A stretch of 60,620 nucleotides of DNA, counting the filler, from Schmidtea polychroa (taxonomy: Eukaryota): the NCBI GenBank assembly GCA_044892525.1. It is 5 parts of 3 records of this genome, joined end to end, with 100 filler letters (N's around TTAATTAATTAA, not from the genome) between each part and the next. Parts side by side here need not be neighbours in the genome. Positions count along the whole stretch, not along the records: positions 25,809 to 51,781 come from CM097885.1; positions 51,882 to 60,620 come from CM097888.1; 3 more parts are not named here. One strand, written 5' to 3'. The position numbers and the translations under genes were made by a program. Positions 48,059 to 60,367 of the stretch are shown here, piece by piece (the stretch's first letter is position 1; every line of letters starts with the position of its first letter). Below the pieces are notes generated by a model. It ran no database searches and was not told the DNA's origin. It was given only the letters and a program-made list of their open reading frames with translations.

Positions 48059-51000
48059 CTTTTCTGCCATTTATTTCGATATTTATATTTAAATATGTTT
48101 CATTGTCTATGATAAATGCTGAGGCGCATAAATAAATACAACAAAATGAATAAATGATAAAATATATTTGATATAAATGACAGCGATAAGAAATATGGTA
48201 AATAAAATATATCAAATAAAGGAAAGCTTACTCATGGAAATATATCCCTATCAATATATATTTCATCAAATAATTGAGAATAATTTGATTGGTCCGCATG
48301 ATGCCTGCTTGTATGAGTTGATGATAGTTGACAGTAAATGACAAATTCATGCTCAATGCTTGTGAAAGGCTAGGATGAGTGAATGTTCTCTAAATCTCCT
48401 CCGTTCACATACATGGAGACATTTGCATTTCATTCTCACTAATATTTCCCGGAATTTAACTGTTACAGATTTTTACTTTAATGATTTAAATTAATATTTA
48501 ATTTTTAATTATTTGTTTATTATACAAAATTATTGATTTTTCCCTATTTATTTTTGTGAATTATTTTCATAAAATCTTTGATTAGTTTTATTTCAATTGA
48601 CCGGTTGATTGTTATTAGTGATTTTGATTATTTAAACACTTGTAACCTTGAAGCAATAAATAGAATGAAGGCCACAATCTCACATTTCATAAATAAATGC
48701 AAAATATTACTTTTTAAATATATAGATTTTGTCTACAAGTTATTTGTATTTTTCACACCATTTTTGATTTGTTCATATAAATTCATAATTTTATATTTTT
48801 ATTTTATATATAAAATATTTTTTTATGATTTCGAAAAACAATTAATTAATATATTCTGTTTAATTTTTTCATCTAAATTTTTTATTATTTGTCAAGATTT
48901 ATCTGCAAATTTCGATATAAATAATCATTTGTAATTTCCAAAAAATGTTTTCCAATTTTTAATTAATATTTTCAGAATTTCATTGATAAATTAATTGGAA
49001 AAGTATAGAAAAATTTAATATAAAATTTTCTTTTAACAATTTGATCTGAAATTCAATATTTATAAAATGCTTGTTTATCTACATCAAAACGTAAATTGTA
49101 TAAATTTGAAATGTAAGACGAAATAATTAATATAATAATTATGATTTATAAAAATTGTAAAATGGTGAAATATTTTGATAATTGCATAATATGAAATATA
49201 TAAATTAAATATTTAATGGATTTATTTTTACATTATTAATTATTTGTCAATTAAATAATTATTTTGATAAATTAAGATAAAATGTTTTCAAATATATGGA
49301 GAATTATGCAAGAAAATAAATTTGAATTTGATAATGAAATCAGCAGTGAATTAATATGCAGCATTTGCAAATGTTTAATGATAAATGCTTGCCATGCTCC
49401 TTGCGGTTGTCGCTTTTGTTCTGATTGCATTGAGCATTATTTGGATGGAAAAGATAAATTCTGTCCAGGAGCAGCAAAACGCTGTGAAAGGAAAACGATA
49501 AATTTTGCAAATGATATTGTAGCAGACAATCATGCTAACATTCGAATATCAGAAGTAATAGTGAGATGTCCAAGGCCAAATTGTCAATTCAAAGATGAAT
49601 TAGAGGTGATGGAGAGCCATATGAGAACATGCGACAAGCGGCCTATCAGCTGCCCATTCAATGTAATAGGATGTGCAATGAATGATGTGGGCAATGACGA
49701 GATGAAAGGCCATCTAAATGAGAATCATTATGACCACAGCAATTTGTTGATTGATCATATCAATAATTTATCCAATCAGATGGAATCGATATTGAATGAA
49801 AATATGAAATTGAGAATGGAAATTACCGAATTGAAATATGAAATGAGACAATTCAAACAGCAATTTGATAATATCAATGTAAATATTTATTTTGTAGTTA
49901 ATTTTATTGCTATTTGTGATTGGAGGTGAAATTGTGCAATACTGAAAGGAAAGAGGCGGACAACTCAGGAGAAATTGAAGAATTGAATGAGGAAATGGTG
50001 GTAGTGAAGAATGAGAATCGCTCATTGAGAATGGAGATGGAGACAAATATTGGATCAATCAATCAAGTTTGATTATTGATTTGATTTGTTATTGATGTGT
50101 AAATGCAAAGCAGCTCAGGCAACAAATTGAGGCGATTGAAACAAAATGTCAACAGTAAATTGATGAGATGAAAGAGAAATGCGAGCAGCGGCTGCAACAT
50201 GAGAATGCAAAGGTGATTTATTGATTTATTGAAATGTTTATATTTGATATTTAGTTGCAGCTTGAAATGGCGAGATGCGCCAATGAAATTCGGCTGATTG
50301 AAACAAAATTAGGAAATGAAAAATGTATAAATTACGGATTTTTGGAATGGAAAATTGATAAATTATCACAACAAGAGAGAAATCAATGGATTTACAGCAA
50401 TGCATTTTATTCCGGGCGAAGCGGTTACAAAATGTGCTTGTCAGTGAGAATTAGCCGTTGGTCTGGTGGTGCAATTTGGGTTGGTTTCCATTTGATGCGT
50501 GGGGAAAATGATGAGCAATTGGATTGGCCGTTCAAGCATGCAGTAAATGTTGATGTCATCGATCCAGCAAATGGCAACATTTGGATGAGTAAATCAGTAA
50601 AATATTCAGATAACTCTTATGCTGCCGCATGGAGAAAGCCCACAAATGACAGAAATGATCCAATTGTGATATATGCTGATATTGCTACCGGCAATTCAGT
50701 CCATAAATTTGCAACCAAAACTGACAAATTGCTGCTCAGGTTCAAAATTGAAAAATTATGACAAATATTAAAAAATTGAATAAAAAATTGATTTATTTGT
50801 ACTATCGATTTGATTTTAATTTTTGCTTTTTTATTTCATATTCAAAATATTTATTTTATATTTGGAAACATTTTTAATTTGTATTTTCATTGCAATAAGT
50901 CAAATTTTTGCATTTTAATTTCCCTTCAATTTTTACGCTGCTTTGTTTACAAATTGAGATTGAAATGGCTATTTGAGATTCCTAAACCGATTTCCCCTCA

Positions 51001-51310
51001 AATATTAATAATATCGGAATTGCCGCCAGAAATAAATGAGGAAAACAGTGAAAATTAACATTATTGATATGAAATTGAATTATTTATTGAACAGCTCTCA
51101 TTATGAACATAACAACACATCACCGAGGGCATCTCACAATTGCTAGCATTATCTCATCTGTTATATCAATCGGGATCAGATATTATGGCAGCCATTTTAT
51201 AATAAAATTACCAAATGGGCATTTCTTATAATTGAAGGTGAAAATGCACTTGATAGAATCGCTTGAGAGCAGCCAATTTATTATTATTATTTATTGCTAA
51301 TTAAAATATT
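48059..51310 (+). repeat. Segmental duplication copy 2 (TRAF locus)
   Basis: Near-identical to 26667-29915. Confidence 0.95.
49282..50761 (+). CDS. TRAF-family protein, copy 2, with a premature TAA in coiled-coil exon 3 (pseudogene, or functional by exon skipping)
   Basis: Same four-exon structure as copy 1; CAA>TAA at 50156-50158; all other exons open. Confidence 0.85.
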
Positions 51311-51881
51311 TCTTTTAATATCTTTTTGTTAACACCTAGTTGTAAGTGCTTAGTACTTGGTAGTGGTTAGTGAGTACTTGAAAATACTTGGTCGGTGATT
51401 GAATTTAGGTTGGTACTTAGTAGATAGTTGTTAGTACTTGGTAGCCAATTGTAATACATAGTTGGTAACAGGTTGTTGTTATCTAGCTGTAGATTGTTGA
51501 CGTTTAAATATATAAGTAAATTTTATAATTAGTTTTTTAAATTCAAAGTAAAGTTAATTTGTAAATAAATTAATTTTAGAACTCTATTTTAGAACAGAAT
51601 TTCAAAATTATTTATTCAATATTATTTGTGATAAAATTTTAGTGGCTTTTTTGAAAATTCTTTCGTTTCTATCTAGAGAACTACAGTTTATTGTTTGCGA
51701 AACTTTATCTCAGTCATTAATGGGTAGTTTAACTTTAAATAATAAATGTGATATAAATTTATAGATGAATCCAACTTATTGNNNNNNNNNNNNNNNNNNN
51801 NNNNNNNNNNNNNNNNNNNNNNNNNTTAATTAATTAANNNNNNNNNNNNNNNNNNNNNNNNNNNNNNNNNNNNNNNNNNNN

Positions 51882-52700
51882 TTCCCCCGCTACAAACTGC
51901 TGCTGGTGGACGAAATCGGCCCGTACGTGATAATTGACGAGACCGTTGTCAAGGACGTGCTGGTAGGCGAGCTGGTAGGCGTTGCTAAGTCCACCGGATG
52001 GGCGTCCAGCAATTACCACCGAGTCGGGCCCAGCAATTGTGTTATCAAGCTGTCAGATGAGACAGTTATTGATTGCTCTCAGTTCTGCTCCATGTCGCGT
52101 TTCATCAAGCCCAGTGGCGATCGGCCCAATCTCCAGGCTAGAATCATCACCGTTGCTGGATTCCCTCGCATCGGTTTGTTTGCTGTACACTGATTGGCTG
52201 ATATCCAATAATATCCATTATCATCCACTAATTCAGGATTGTTCTCCTCGCACAGAATTGTCAAGGGCGACATTTTAACCCTCGATTTCCAATCATTGAT
52301 TTATCGGGCTGCTGCCGACAGTGCCGATGTGCCTCATCACCACACGCCCGTCCGGCTGGAAACATGGAAGGAAGCCTCAGTTGCACCGACTAATCAAATG
52401 GCAGAGGAATTGTTTGTCATTGACCTATGCGGTGACGACACTGACCAGATCCGTGACGATTCCATGGATACCGAGACGATCACTGGACGAGCCCCTCTGT
52501 GTCCGGAATGCCTGAAGGAACTGATGATGCCCTTATCCAAGCCGCGAGTTTTGATTCACTGTCGGATCTGCTACTCCGTGTTCCATTACAGATGCGCATG
52601 CTTATCGATTGAGCTCAATGATGCATTGTGCAACCGATTGGAGCAGGAAGCGCGCATCCAGAATTTCATTTGCCAGGTGTGCATTGCAATGCGGCCGTGA
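51882..52700 (+). CDS. 5'-truncated divergent SET domain plus C-terminal PHD finger; exons 51882-52173 and 52237-52700
   Basis: IDCSQFCSMSRFIKPS..PNLQARIITVAGFPRIG|LFSSHRIVKGDILTLDF aligns to the SET core (IDA..GN.ARFINHS..PN..RIG.FA...I..G.ELT.DY). CPEC..CRIC..FHYRC..FICQVC is a C4HC3 PHD. 63-nt phase-1 GT-AG intron. Confidence 0.72.
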
Positions 52701-53785
52701 TTGCAGCTCACCAGTTGATGTGTATTAATGCAATTTATGTCCGCTCTCGATTTGTCTGGAATTGCGTGCGCCGTGTTTGTGTGTTTCATTTATTTCCTAG
52801 CCCATTTACACAATACATGTACAAGGTACAAGATGAGTACATGGTGAGTACACGGTACAAGGTGAGTATATGGTAAGATTGCAACTTGCCCAATTGCAAC
52901 ATGACAATAAATGTGATACATACTCGCACACACTAGATACACACACCCTCATAAATCATACATTTGTTACTGAAATGTTTACTGGAACTCGACGTCCTCT
53001 TGCTTCATGTATTTCCCTTTTACTTTTACACATTTGCATTATAAATATTTACCAAAAGATGTTCCATATAATTTGTAAGGTTCCGCTTATTGATCGCTGT
53101 GTTGATTGTTTATTTGCAGATCTTGTCCTCTCGTTATGAGCAGTATAGATTATATGTTGGAATTTACATTACCTACAATTCTCTTAATCTCATGTTCTAT
53201 CTTATTTAGACTGACCTTTATTGCTAGTATTGAGTAATTCAATTTGATTTATGAGCTTATATTTCATTATGCTTGAATTGCATAACGAGATCAAGTATCG
53301 CAATGAAAGGTAAATAGTATTAAAATCATCAGTTTTATTATACATTTGAAATGAATTGTAAATCACTTATAAGTTTAGAGAGGCAAATTAATATTAATGA
53401 GTTAAGTTATCTATTTGGCCTAATGCGTCAATTATCTCTTTTGCTAACACCTCTGGTCCACAGTATTTGGTTTAATTAATCCCTTTTTCGCACGAACTGT
53501 ACTTTGAGATCACAAAACTTTTTTCTATGAAGTGATTAACAGCCTTTTCATAATTTAAAGCTTTCAATTATCTACACAGAGATTTTGGCTTTTTCAAAAC
53601 ATACCCAGGCATTTGAAATGTTATTCAATCTAATTATTTGTAATCTTCAAATAAAAATGTATCTAGCAATGTTGCTGTAAGACGTATTTTAGCTTTGTAA
53701 ATTTTAAAAATTTCTCTATATCTTTGAAATCGTTCTGGTTACAAGCCAATAAACAGTTATTATAAAAAATTCAATCTTTTGCATA

Positions 53786-54363
53786 TGTTACAGTGAATTT
53801 GTATTACCAATAAGAATATATTTTCACTAACGTTTCAGTGAATTCATATCCGAATACATTTTCACTAGCAAGTTTTAGTGAATGTATTATTTTACGGTTA
53901 TTTTACTGTTTTGTTATCTAAATAATTCTTATATTCGATGGAAATGCTCTTTCTGTGTTCTCAAAATTAGGACCTATCGGACAACCGATCCAGTTATTTC
54001 TAGTCTGGAGACTACCCGAGTTAAATGTTTAAATTTCACAGGAGATACAACAAACTCAATAAAACATTGAATGATATATTAATTTATTTTGAACTTACAC
54101 ATTAAATATAATTACATACTTAGAAAAATTAAATAACTTAAAAACACTTCGCAGCTAGATGAAAGAATACACTAGTTATCGACACTTAGGGCCAAATATT
54201 TCCATGCGGCGAATTCTCGCTTGTCAATGAATACAAAATCACTAAATGTAACCAGTGAATTTGTATCTTCATTGTTAGATATACATTCACTGACCGGCTT
54301 AGCGAAAATATATTTTCACCAGTAAAAATATATTCTCACTGGTAATACAAATTCACTGTAACA
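53786..54363. mobile_element. MITE, 578 bp, with perfect 24-bp terminal inverted repeats
   Basis: TGTTACAGTGAATTTGTATTACCA / TGGTAATACAAATTCACTGTAACA; internal CAGTGAAT/TTCACT repeats; contains a TA|CAGTG Tc1-like core. Confidence 0.85.
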
Positions 54364-54699
54364 CATATATTTTTTAAGAACTTTTGGTAAATTTAATATT
54401 GAATTAAATATTGGCTATAAAAATTTATTAATAATTCATTCTTGTTATTGGCTTTAACAATAATGCGAAACACGTCATCCTTTTTATTATCATCGTTATC
54501 AGAATCATCTGATTCTTTGTTCTCCATTTCCAGAGTATGTTGAGAAATTTTAATGTTTTTATAAAATAAATCCTTTGGCGGTAAAGTAGACTACAAAAAT
54601 ATCTAATTTATTTTTTGTTTTCATCTTTGCTCTTATTTAAATTTAATAATTTTCATATTTATATTTTTAAGACAAAATTGTAAGGTACACGATATTTTG

Positions 54700-55175
54700 G
54701 CACAGCCTTTATCAAGTGTTTGTTGAAAGGATAAACTGTATCAAGAAAATTCTCTTTTGATTTGATCTATAGTCTTACAAATATTAATATGAAAATGATA
54801 AGATTACAAGAAATCTTCAAGCAAATTTAATCATACATTGATGTCATTCCGCCAACAACGCTCACTAAAGCAAGATTATCAAACTTATTAATTCCTTTCA
54901 ATCCGCTATCGAGGTATTTCCTGATTCCATATCCCGGTATACATTCTGTAATTGTGAAGTATAGAGAGCAATATCAGTAAGTTTTCTATACATCTTTGCT
55001 TCTTAGTGTTTCTTTTTGTCTTGTACTCACAGATCCAAGAAAGCAAGAGATGATTTTTCTCTGTTTTTTCGAGCGAATACAATGTCTTTATATAGACTAT
55101 TCATATAATACAAAAACGACTCAAAAGGCCTCTGATTTTCAAATATGAGAAAAATATCATCGACATACTGTTTAT
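54700..55175 (-). mobile_element. Penelope-like element reverse transcriptase fragment
   Basis: YVDDIFLIF..FESFLYYMNSLYKDIVF..LAFLDL..MYRKLTD, the PLE RT catalytic and thumb motifs, with stops. Confidence 0.75.
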
Positions 55176-55729
55176 AAACGGTAGGTTTCATAAATTTGAA
55201 AATAAATTCTTCCGAAAGGGCTGTAAAAGAAAAATGGATGTCTGAATTTTAAAATGATATTAAAAATTTCAAAAATATTTTAGAACGTCATAAAGAAATT
55301 GGATTCGAAAATTAACGTGCAAAATTCAGTGAATTCGTGTTTTAAATGTTTTTAAATAGATTTTTATAAAATGGAATATTTTTATTAAAAATATGATATA
55401 ATTAATGTAATTAATAAATTTGTTCAAAAATCTGTAATTTCTATAATTAATCAAACCTACTAGATGATGACAGGGAAACTGTCGAAATATATCGTAAAAA
55501 GAATGTTTGAGTGGTGCTTTCTTATAATTAAATCGTTGCCATGTATGTTTAACTATAAGTTTAAATATTCAGTGTTAATGAAAATTTATCATTGTACTTT
55601 GGACCGTTCACAAAACCCTTTCTCAGCATCACTTGCCCATACGAGTCAGGCCCTTAGTCATTACAAAGTTATTAAAGAAAATTGCTAATTTACCAAAGAC
55701 TGTCCCACCGAATAAATTGTTGTAAATAA

Positions 55730-56229
55730 ATGGAAAATTAATTTTGCCTTCTTGTCAACAGCCTGATCCGGGCAGATTCAAGAACACTTGATCATGCTAA
55801 TGAAGCATCTGTCAAACGCGTTGAATCAAGATGAAATGATGCAGATGGAGAGACTCGAAGGAATGCAAATTCTTTTATACATAGTTATAAATGCTAACTC
55901 CATATCCATTAATATCATTGAATAGTGAAACGACAAAATCCCATTTTCGTCTCAGAGTAGACAATGCCAATAATTAGGGTGGTATCAGATCTGCATTTGT
56001 GTAGCTTTTTTTCTATGTCCCCCGTTACATAAACAAGTCAACAATGCCTGAATGTCAATGGACAATTTACAATGGATTATACATTGATTTCTCCAATATT
56101 ATTCCGTGAGGAAATTAATTTGGGAAATTATCATTTTCTGACTGGATGCAGCTGGATAAATTCACAATTGCATTTCCCTCATACCAATGTTCTACAATTT
56201 TATTCTGGCAGACATTTATTGATTATTAT
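55730..56229 (+). mobile_element. Highly decayed retroviral-type integrase fragment
   Basis: PECQWTI..LYIDFS..QLDKFTIAFP..STI resembles the integrase core (W..L.IDF...D.FSKF..A.P). Confidence 0.35.
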
Positions 56230-58420
56230 NNNNNNNNNNNNNNNNNNNNNNNNNNNNNNNNNNNNNNNNNNNNNNNNNNNNNNNNNNNNNNNNNNNNNNN
56301 NNNNNNNNNNNNNNNNNNNNNNNNNNNNNNNNNNNNNNNNNNNNNNNNNNNNNNNNNNNNNNNNNNNNNNNNNNNNNNNNNNNNNNNNNNNNNNNNNNNN
56401 NNNNNNNNNNNNNNNNNNNNNNNNNNNNNNNNNNNNNNNNNNNNNNNNNNNNNNNNNNNNNNNNNNNNNNNNNNNNNNNNNNNNNNNNNNNNNNNNNNNN
56501 NNNNNNNNNNNNNNNNNNNNNNNNNNNNNNNNNNNNNNNNNNNNNNNNNNNNNNNNNNNNNNNNNNNNNNNNNNGTTGTTATTATTTCCAATTTCTAATA
56601 TTGGGCTGGAACTGAGGGGGTGAGTATAATAAATTGATGAAAATATTGTTTATAATTTGTAAAATATTTTAAATAAAATGATATAATATTAAATAATTAC
56701 GGCAAACCTTCGCAAATCAAAATAATTAATAATATTGAAAAGAATTAGAAGTGAAGGCAAAACTAGTGTTAATGGAGATCTCTAAATCTTTACCTTCTGG
56801 TTCAACGGCTTCAATAATTTTACTTGAACAGCCTAGTCGTGTCCCCCCCCCCCCCCCACTTGGTTGAATGGGTTTTTGATCAACTACTCCTCTAAATTAA
56901 ATTTAGCAATAAAATCACTTTTAATTAAACTGACAAGGTCAAAACAATTAATTTCAAATTGTTTATACTTAATCTCACCAAAATATAAACAGTATCAACT
57001 CTAGCAATAACACCCCCCCCCTTCCAAATCGTCTTGCTGTGTTCTACAATTCCCGCAGTTGGGTCAAATGAGGCAATGTTTAGTTTACAGCTTTGCATGT
57101 AACATAAATATTTATACTTGTAAACAATAAGGGGAGAAACGGGGCTAAATAGAATAGTTATCATAACTTATGGACAAATGCCGTCAATAATTGATGATAG
57201 GACAATTAGAAATTGACGGGAAATGGGAATATCATTTGGAATTATGCAGGGAGAAATTGAGAACTATTGCTTGCAAATTATGGAAATTCCTAGCAAATGT
57301 AGCTGTGAGAAGTTGTAAATATTGGGATATCCATTAATGATATGAGTTCTCTGCTGGCGTTGTCAATATTAATGCTATCCAGTAGACATAGCCTCCCCCC
57401 CACTCGCCACCTTTGTGATGAGATAGAGTTCTAGATGATATCTGATCCATGTTGACAATTGAAATTAAAACAAATAAATCATCACATCAAGGAAATATTG
57501 AAATTGAATTCATGAAAAAATATTTTCCTCATGAAAAATTATACCTTTCCAGGATGAGAATATTTCTGCATTATCCGATCTCCTTTCCAATTTGTCTTAT
57601 TGTTCATATACAAGGACAATCATAATATCATTTCCTTTCAAATTTCACCTTTTGTTTTACTAAAATTATACCAATAATAATGCGGTATTTGAACAAATTT
57701 AGTGAAGCTTTACAATATTTCTAATATTATTATTTTAATATTAATTATAGGATTTAAAGATCTAATTAGCAACGCCTCGCCCGTTACTCATTCCTATAAT
57801 CAATATTCCAAGCGGCCAGTCTGCAGGGATTATGAATGTATTTAAATAATTTAATTTGTATGATGTTATTGTTTGCTAAATTTTTTGTATGAAAACAATT
57901 TTTAAATTTAAATTGAACATTATTTTTTATATTAATTATATTAATTTTTATATTAATTGTGCGTTTTTTTAAAATTAAAATTATAATTTTTTTATGTTTA
58001 AAAAATGTTTTTTATTTTCAAAAAGAAGATACGATTTGATTAAGATTATTAATTGTTAATTGGTTTGAATATTCTTATTTTTTCATTTAGTTGTCATTAA
58101 TACGATTCCTAGCCTGAAGAAGACTGTTAAACGGTTGCAATATATAGCAATGTTATATTTTAATACACTTAGTTGGCGATTTTCTATTATTTAAACAAAT
58201 ATTAAACATATATTATTATTAAATATTGAAAGGGGTTGCAATTTATATATCTCAACGCCGGAAATATTTGAGGTTGATATTTGTAATTTATTTTGGAAGA
58301 TAAAAAAATAATTCCAAACGGCCCTGTGTAGTGATGTTAAACTAACAAAGAAAAAGACAATTACATGAAAATTTCTTTATTTTTTCATTTCTGTAAAAAT
58401 TACAATCCCACCTTACCTCA

Positions 58421-58500
58421 CGCCATCCGGCCATACAATACCCCATCCAGTGATACAATACCCCATCCAGCCATTCAATAACCCATTCAGCCATACCATA
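58421..58500. repeat. Minisatellite, 20-nt unit (CCATACAATACCCCATCCAG) x ~4
   Basis: Directly visible imperfect tandem copies. Confidence 0.8.
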
Positions 58501-59084
58501 ATCATCTAGATATATCGTATCGAAAGAATGAAATTATAAAGAGACAAAAAGAGAAAATGAAAACAAATAATAAACGTTCAAAAATAATCTAAAAATGTGA
58601 CTTTTCAAGCAATATTGTCTGATAAAAATCTTGACATTTTTCTTTATTATTTCTAATACACTAATTCTAAATAAAGTAATTTTTTATTGTTTTAAGTTTC
58701 AGGCNNNNNNNNNNNNNNNNNNNNNNNNNNNNNNNNNNNNNNNNNNNNNNNNNNNNNNNNNNNNNNNNNNNNNNNNNNNNNNNNNNNNNNNNNNNNNNNN
58801 NNNNNNNNNNNNNNNNNNNNNNNNNNNNNNNNNNNNNNNNNNNNNNNNNNNNNNNNNNNNNNNNNNNNNNNNNNNNNNNNNNNNNNNNNNNNCAGACGGA
58901 GGAGTGACATTTCCATCTGACTGTCTGTGTGGTTTGTGCTTCCGCGCCTGTGTACGCGTTTATTGTTAACTTTTCTTGTTTTTTGTATATATGCGCACAC
59001 AGACACGGACGGTTGTTTTTATGTATATTAAAAAATTGATAAAATTATTGATAAAATTAAGCGGTCGCCAAGAATATGTATGCA

Positions 59085-59310
59085 AAATGTTTATTTTTAT
59101 TTTATTCCATTCCTAATGAAATTTCGGAAGTTTCTGTTCTAACGATATTGAAAATGTATTCAAGATGTTCAATTTGTCCCATTTCCAAAGAAATTCCTGA
59201 AGTTCCTGTTCCTAATATATCATCAGGACATAAATGTTTATTTTGTTCCATTTCCAATAGAATTTTTGAAGTTCCTGTTCTAAAGATTCTCTTTACAAAT
59301 TCTCTTTTTT
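59085..59310 (-). pseudogene. Possible decayed leucine-rich-repeat fragment (three ~70-nt units)
   Basis: TGTSKILLEMEQNKHL / TGTSGISLEMGQIEHLEYI / TETSEISLGME: 23-24 aa period resembling IPxEIGxLxxLxxL. Confidence 0.3.
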
Positions 59311-60176
59311 GTGTTTACTCAAATCAATAATAATAATAATAATAATAATAATAACGAGCATAAATGATACAAAGTGTGATTCAATTATGATAATCTCTTA
59401 TAAACATGGCAGAAAGAAGAACATTTCCTGATTAAGTGGCGGGAAGGAAGGTAAGAGTAGGTAACATGGTCTTAATTATAAGTAATATAAATGGCAAGCA
59501 GGATGGCCCATATTTTGGGTCTGTGTAAGTGAGGGTGAAAATTTGATTTAAATTACATTAATTAATAGAAACTCTTATTAAAACGATATTCAGAGATAAA
59601 TAAATTTGTTAGAAATTCACAAAATGGCTGCCAAATTTTGTTACAATCTACGCGAGAGTGACAAATTTATTACAAATAATTTCATTGAAAATCCTCGTAA
59701 TTGGTCATTTATTTATTCCAATGTCCATAATAGGATATTTTATTCCTTATGTAATCCCATCACAAGTATATCGGATGGAGCCAGCCCAGCAAATGACAAG
59801 GTGAGCCTTTATTGCACCGGGCATTGCCTACGTGAAATGATCAAAAAATCGCAAAGCCTTGTAAATAATTGCTATATTGGAAGGCCTTAAGGAATAAGGA
59901 AGCAAGAATGGGCTGACCTGGACAAGAATGGCAAATGAAGATTTCAAATTAATATCTAATTAGTAACATTTTGGAACTTGGAATCTTTTATCAAATTTAA
60001 TAATAAAATATCTCTACAAATCTTTTATATATGAAGTTGTTTTAATTAATTGTTCAAGGACATCAAGCAAATATGTAAGCCAACATTTTAATATCTTTCT
60101 GCTCTGGCTTCAGCATATGTTGGAGGGCTCTCCATATTAGGTGGGGAAGTTGCTCCACAATATAGAGGTAAACTCT

Positions 60177-60367
60177 ATTAATTACAACGCCAAAGCCTCC
60201 CTCAATATGCTTATCAATTACAACGGCAAAGCCTCCCTCAATATGCTTATCAATTACAATGGCAAAGCCTCCCTCAATATGCTTATCAATTACAATGGCA
60301 AAGCCTCCCTCAATATGCTTATCAATTACAATGGCAAAGCCTCCCTCAATATGCTTATCAATTACAA
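60177..60367. repeat. Minisatellite, 36-nt unit x ~5.3
   Basis: Near-perfect tandem copies of ATCAATTACAATGGCAAAGCCTCCCTCAATATGCTT with no spacers. Confidence 0.92.

Noticed and set aside
181-52700. Alternative nuclear genetic code
   Set aside because: Conserved genes end in TAA or TGA and long exons have no in-frame stops; stops occur only in decayed elements and TRAF copy 2.
1911-58969. ORFs spanning N runs (poly-X translations)
   Set aside because: Artefacts of assembly gaps.
59606-59890. LINE (CR1/L2-like) remnant (ENPRNWSFI)
   Set aside because: Only a weak single-motif resemblance.
60177-60367. CRISPR array (36-nt repeats)
   Set aside because: Repeats are head-to-tail with no spacers, there are no cas genes, and the context is eukaryotic.
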